This document shows positions 59,307-64,000 of a DNA stretch of 64,000 bases, piece by piece. Positions within the stretch are counted from its first letter, which is position 1. Every line of letters begins with the position of its first letter. Made by a program: the position numbers and the translations under genes. The notes under the pieces are model-generated. The model worked only from the letters and a program-made list of their open reading frames with translations. It was not told where the DNA came from and searched no databases. The stretch is from an uncultured Chthonomonadaceae bacterium (lineage in GTDB: Bacteria > Armatimonadota > Chthonomonadetes > Chthonomonadales > Chthonomonadaceae), in NCBI GenBank assembly GCA_963835065.1, contig CAWIEK010000022.1, positions 1-64,000 on the forward strand. Reading direction: 5' to 3'.

Positions 59307-59903
59307 ATGCTAGGGGAGAGAAACCGCTGCGAGGCGATTGTGCAGGTACCCGATCAGGAACTCATTTCGCGCTGCCAGCAAGGCGACCTGGACGCCTTCG
59401 GGCAGATTTACGCGCGCTATGAGCGCGTGGTGTATCGCTACGCCTACCACATGCTGGGCGACCCGGATGACGCCGATGATGTCAAGCAGGATACGTTCCT
59501 CAAGGCGTACCGCACCCTGCCCGGCTTCCGGGGCGAGTGCAGCCTGCTGACGTGGCTGCTCAAAGTGGCGGGAAACCTGTGCCGCGACCGCCATAAAACC
59601 CGGACGCGCCGGGGCGAAATCGCCCTGCTGCCGGAAATGGCCGCCGAACTGCCCGATATGAGCGATCTGGGCGGCGACCCGGCCCGCCTGCTGGAGCGCA
59701 AGGACCTGCATCAATCGCTGTACCGCGTCCTGGCCGCCCTGCCCGAAGGCCAAAAAGAACTCATCGTCCTGCGCGACGTGCAGGGCTTAAGTTATCAGCA
59801 GATTGCCGATGTTCTCAATTGTTCGGTTGCCAGCGTGAAACTGCGCTTATTTCGCGCCCGGCGCGGCTTCCGGGACCGCATGGAGTCGCTGTTACAGAAG
59901 TAG
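59307..59903 (+). CDS. ECF RNA polymerase sigma factor (RpoE/SigW-like)
   Basis: GDLDAFGQIY, DADDVKQDTFLKAY and LSYQQIADVL...SVKLRLFRAR. Confidence 0.93.
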   Translation: MLGERNRCEAIVQVPDQELISRCQQGDLDAFGQIYARYERVVYRYAYHMLGDPDDADDVKQDTFLKAYRTLPGFRGECSLLTWLLKVAGNLCRDRHKTRTRRGEIALLPEMAAELPDMSDLGGDPARLLERKDLHQSLYRVLAALPEGQKELIVLRDVQGLSYQQIADVLNCSVASVKLRLFRARRGFRDRMESLLQK

Positions 59904-60039
59904 GCATTTAATATTAGGCATTAGGCATTAGGTAGGATGCGAATTATGTGCAAATTACCCTGCACAGCCAAGTGTTAAGACGGCTTCCCCCTAATGCCTA
60001 ATATCTAATATCTAAATACCTACCGTGAGGAGTAGGATC

Positions 60040-61050
60040 ATGTTGCTAATCAGGTGGGCGCAGTGTCGGCGCATTCAGCCGGCGTTGTGGGATTTTGCGT
60101 CGGAGCGCCTGTCCGAAGAAATGATGGAGCGGGTAGAACAGCATTTGCATGGCTGCATCGCCTGTGACCGCGAACTCGCGTCGCTGAAGCGGGCGCAAAC
60201 CTTGCTGGCGGCCTGCCGCGCGCAGGAAGAACCCGCGCCCCGCGCCGATTGGAGCGACCTGCGGCAGCGCATCGTTGCCGAGGGCCTTGCGCATATCGCC
60301 ACGCCTGCCTTGTCACGGCGTACCGGCAAAACGGCAGGCCGCGAGCGCGCGACAAGCGGGTATCGCGCCCCCTGGACGATGCAGTTGGCGACCTCGGCGG
60401 CAGGCGGTTTCGCCGCCGTGCTGGTGCTTGGATTGGGTTACGGCGCGTTCCATGCGCGGAATACCGGTTTGCCCGCGTCGCCTGTGGTGTCCGTTCCGCC
60501 GGGACAAGTTGTGCCCACTTCGCCCGAACAACTCGCTTCTGCTTCTGACGCGCAAAACGCGCAATGGCCGGAGAACGTAGTAAAAGCCCTGAACAGCCTA
60601 TCGGTACAAAGCGATAAAATCGAGACAGCCGGTTCCATGCCTGCAAAGAGCGTTCACGTTGGCGCGACTGCCTCTGCGCCAAATACGCATGGCTCCCATA
60701 GCGTTACGACATTTCGAGTAACAGGCACGGGACGTGGACACAAAACAACGCCCCGAATGGACTACGCAGCCGCGTCAATGCCGCCGAGAATGACCTATGT
60801 CGGCCTGCGCGAAGCATCGGCTCGTCGCGCGCCCACGCCTAAAACATTCGCTTCGGCGACAATTACGCCGAAGTCCCGACGTTCCAACGGTAAATTCGGC
60901 CAACAATCGGCAAGCGCGCCGCAAACGCAGATCGCTTCCAACTATGCCCTGGGCCATGTCAAGCCCGACGGAAGCGACAGCGGCGATTCCAACATCAATG
61001 TCATCGGCGTCGTCAGTCCTGTGTCCCGCGACGATGATGGCGTCTACTAA
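60040..61050 (+). CDS. zf-HC2 (ZAS) membrane anti-sigma factor
   Basis: HLHGCIAC (Hx3Cx2C), a TM helix and a low-complexity extracytoplasmic tail. Confidence 0.85.
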   Translation: MLLIRWAQCRRIQPALWDFASERLSEEMMERVEQHLHGCIACDRELASLKRAQTLLAACRAQEEPAPRADWSDLRQRIVAEGLAHIATPALSRRTGKTAGRERATSGYRAPWTMQLATSAAGGFAAVLVLGLGYGAFHARNTGLPASPVVSVPPGQVVPTSPEQLASASDAQNAQWPENVVKALNSLSVQSDKIETAGSMPAKSVHVGATASAPNTHGSHSVTTFRVTGTGRGHKTTPRMDYAAASMPPRMTYVGLREASARRAPTPKTFASATITPKSRRSNGKFGQQSASAPQTQIASNYALGHVKPDGSDSGDSNINVIGVVSPVSRDDDGVY

Positions 61051-61146
61051 CGGTCAGGTGTCAGGTATCAGGTGTCAGGTGTCAGAGAAGGATTTCTTCT
61101 GCGCCTCGTCCTGACACCTGAACACCTGACACCTGATACCTGAACC

Positions 61147-62668
61147 ATGACCTACCACACGCAGATTGCCGCTTTGATTTCCAATATCGCGCGCCCGCTT
61201 CCTTTCCGCTTGCTGGCGGGAATGGGGCTGGGACTTGTCACGGGTGGGTTGCCGATGCAGGCGCGGGCGCAAACATCCCCGCCGCCCGTTGTGCAGGCTG
61301 CGCCGCCTTCGTCTGTCGGTTCCGGTTCGGCGTCGGGGGGCGTGTTGGGGCAGATGGGGCGCGAACTCAGCGACATTTTGCAGCAAAACCGCAGTGGCGT
61401 CGTGATGATACGGGGGCATCGGCTTCTCGTAGCCCCCGCGGCCTTTGCAGGCAAAAACGACAAAATGCCGATGGGAATGGCGAATGCTCTTTAGCGGCCT
61501 CCCACCCATCATTCCCGTAATTGGAAGCGGTTTTCTGGTGCAGGGCAATGTGGTCGTGACAACGGCGGAAGTGGCCGAAGACATTCAGAGTCCTACGGTA
61601 ATTCTGGCGGATGGCAAACATTTGCGCGTCATAGGCCGCAGCGTGGATGCGCAGAGCAACCTTGCCATTTTCACCGTTGAGGGCGTGGACACGTCTGTCG
61701 CGTTGCGCATGGGCGACTCCGACACCGTTTTACCCGGCACATTTGCCGTCACTATCGGTACGCAGGCCGGCTTCCCCAATTCGGGCGGACTGGCGTTTAT
61801 TGCGCATACACGCCGCCGCGCGCGTTCGGGCGAACGCCATTTCGACAACCTGATTCAGTTTCAGGGCGCAATCGGGCCGGGCAGCAGCGGCAGTCCCCTG
61901 ATCGGCTCTTCGGGAGAAGTGATCGGCATTGTCATGGCCGCGCCGGATATGACGAGTGGCGGGCGCGGCAATTGGCCTGGCAACGGCTGGGATCGGCAAA
62001 ACGGCGGCAGGGGCGGGGGGCAAAACCGCTTTGACAAAGGGCATCAGGAGAAATCCGCGCCGGACAAGTCTGCGCCGGACGCCAACGCCCACGCGCATCG
62101 AAGCCGCGCCGCGTCGGAAATGCAGACCCCGCCTCCGGGTGTTCCTGCCGACCCGCGCAGCCCACGTTCGGGAGGTTCGCCTTTCGCGCCTTTCCCCGGC
62201 GAAATGCCCCAGGGCGGTTTCAATCCGTTCGGCGGCTTGTCCAACATCGGCTTTGCGCTGCCTGTCAACGAACTGCGCGCCCGGCTTCCCGAACTGGTGC
62301 GAACAGCGCAGAAGATACCCGCCGCCGGCTGGATGGGCGTTCGTCCGGGCAACGGTCCCAAACCCGGCGCGTATGTCACCAACCTGTATGAAGACTGCCC
62401 TGCAGAAAAGGCCGGCCTGAAAATCGGCGACATTATCACGCACATTGACGGGCAGCCGATTCATTCCGATATGGAGTTCATCGGCGCTTTAGTGCGTGGG
62501 CAGGAAGGGCAAGCCATGAAAGTGCAAGTGCTGCGCGGGAACGCCGTCCACATTTTCGAGGTACGCCTGCGCGCCCGTCCCGACCCCGACGAAATGCGGC
62601 GCATGAACCTGCGTATCCAATCGGAAGTCGGCGTTCGGATTGTCGTGTACTTCGCTTATATGGTTTGA
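61147..62668 (+). CDS. HtrA/DegP-like trypsin + PDZ protein with a degenerate catalytic triad; frameshift near 61485
   Basis: IGSGFLV, VTTAEV, DAQSNLAI, IGPGSSGSPL, IGFALP; PDZ PAEKAGLKIGDII. Confidence 0.85.
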
Positions 62669-62860
62669 GTGATGAGGGAGAGTGGAGAGTAGAGAGTGGA
62701 GAGTGAGAGGAGGCAATCCTTTCACTCTCCACTCTCTTTGTTTGGCTTGCGCGGAACGCCTCTGAGGAAATTGTGGCTTCAACATTGGTTTTGCGGCAGG
62801 AAAAGCCACAGGGCAACGCGAACAGTAGCAAAAGTAGGTTCGGAAAAGGAGAGAAACGTA

Positions 62861-63085
62861 ATGCAAATACAACTGACAGCCGTTTTCCAAAAAGTGCCCG
62901 AAGGGTACATCGGATTTGTCGAAGAATTGCCGGGAGCGAACACGCAGGGCGAGACACTCGAAGAAACGCGCGCTAACCTGCGCGAAGCCGTCTCCCTGGT
63001 TTTGGAAGCCAATCGCGCGCTGGCAGAGGAAACGCTTTCAGGACGCGAGGTAATCCGAGAAACCTTGCAGGCAGCAACCGCATGA
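62861..63085 (+). CDS. hicB: HicB-family antitoxin, short form without a DNA-binding domain
   Basis: GYIGFVEELPGANTQGETLEETRANLREA. Confidence 0.88.
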   Translation: MQIQLTAVFQKVPEGYIGFVEELPGANTQGETLEETRANLREAVSLVLEANRALAEETLSGREVIRETLQAATA

Positions 63086-63270
63086 AGCGCGTAGACTTAC
63101 TTCGACATCTGGAGGCGCAGGGCTGTGAGTTTGCGCGCGAAGGCGGAAATCACACCATTTATGTCAATCGCGTTGCGCAAGCAAGTTCTGCTGTGCCACG
63201 TCACCGCGAAATCAATGATTTTCTAGCCGGCAAGATATGCCGCGATTTGAAAGTGAGGGAACCAAAATAA
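63082..63270 (+). CDS. hicA: HicA-family toxin
   Basis: GCEFAREGGNHTIY...VPRHREI; ATGA overlap with hicB. Confidence 0.9.
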   Translation: MKRVDLLRHLEAQGCEFAREGGNHTIYVNRVAQASSAVPRHREINDFLAGKICRDLKVREPK

Positions 63271-63338
63271 AGTATTTGTTCAGCGCCCACCGAGACGAAG
63301 TTTGGCAAAAATTCTCGCAAGCAAGTTGAAGGAGGTTG

Positions 63339-64000
63339 ATGATGAAGCGATTCTATGGGTTTGCACTGCTGTTTGCTCTGCCTCTGCCGTCGCTATGTGC
63401 CGCGCATCGCGCCGCGACGCAGTCCACACCTTACGCCTTGTTTCAATTCAACGGGAATACGACAAATAAAGGCACGGGCAAAGCCACCTTTGAACTGCGG
63501 AATACGCGCTTTCAGAACAATGCTTTGTATCTTAACGGCAAGTACGAGCATGGCCCGGAGCATGGCGGTTTCCACGCCGTTTGTTCCACGCCTGCCGTTC
63601 CCTACGAAACCTTCACGGTAGCCCTGCGCTTCAAAGCCGAAGTTTTTACGTCCGGCAAGAATAACCTGATTACAGGCGGAACTTCCGCGCGCTGGTTCAG
63701 TCTGTGCCGTTCGGAAGCCGGGCATCTGGTCATCACGCTGAACAATCAGGATTACCAGCATGAGATCAAGGGCGTCACGCTGGACAAGGACAAATGGACG
63801 GAAATCGCCTGCGGCGTTGACATTCCCCAACACAAAATCAGCGTCTTTCTCAATAAGAAGAATGTTGACAACATCGTCCTTCCTTCCTCTTTCACGCTGC
63901 AGACAGGCGACGCAGAAGATAAAGACGCAGACAAAAATTGGTCGTTTACCAACTACTCCAATGCGGACGTGTTTCAGGGATGGGTTGACGAACTGCGCAT
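63339..64000 (+). CDS. Exported LamG/concanavalin A-like domain protein; frameshifted, runs off the window
   Basis: GGAGG RBS; manual translation gives FTVALRFK...KWTEIACGVD...ISVFLN...FQGWVDELR. Confidence 0.7.
   Translation, partial: MMKRFYGFALLFALPLPSLCAAHRAATQSTPYALFQFNGNTTNKGTGKATFELRNTRFQNNALYLNGKYEHGPEHGGFHAVCSTPAVPYETFTVALRFKAEVFTSGKNNLITGGTSARWFSLCRSEAGHLVITLNNQDYQHEIKGVTLDKDKWTEIACGVDIPQHKISVFLNKKNVDNIVLPSSFTLQTGDAEDKDADKNWSFTNYSNADVFQGWVDELR

Noticed and set aside
1..64000. Frameshifts in many genes read as programmed frameshifting or mass pseudogenisation
   Set aside because: They hit unrelated genes, including FKBP, TauE and PSD1 (with compensating shifts), while catalytic motifs stay intact. 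Long-read indel error is the simpler explanation.

Overview
A 64 kb bacterial chromosomal window, GC-rich with AT-richer islands at about 3.7-11.2 kb, 40-42 kb and 45.3-50.6 kb. DUF1501 and DUF1549/DUF1553 genes and the style of the intergenic repeats suggest an Armatimonadota- or PVC-like soil bacterium (inference only). More than a dozen genes are split by single-base frameshifts, including housekeeping-type genes, so the assembly probably carries long-read indel errors. Ordinary content: proA, proB, a Cys/Met PLP lyase, an Amt transporter, an FKBP, an ABC exporter, AraC, Gfo/Idh/MocA, two ECF sigma loci and four tRNAs (Leu-CAA, Gly-TCC, Arg-TCT, His-GTG). Highlights: (1) a three-gene locus of ECF sigma, HTH-like partner and a fused IrrE/ImmA metallopeptidase-UvrD helicase-PD-(D/E)XK/Fe-S protein, a candidate DNA-sensing proteolytic sigma switch; (2) a complete 3,551 bp IS1595-family cargo transposon (23 bp TIRs, 8 bp TSD) that splits a HEPN toxin gene; (3) a 50 bp exact direct repeat bracketing an 11.8 kb island containing a Y-family polymerase and an orphan terminase; (4) a TPR-ExbB-ExbD-(Pro/Gly-rich stalk + vWA) operon; (5) an Amt / coiled-coil-TM-solute-binding / Trypco1 / trypsin cluster with EAD9-like domains; (6) an 83 bp structured direct repeat flanking a RelE-type TA module; (7) a family of inverted short-tandem-repeat elements, some read in frame inside proB and the helicase gene; (8) an HtrA whose catalytic His and Asp appear to be lost. 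All family assignments come from reading motifs by eye; no database searches were run.
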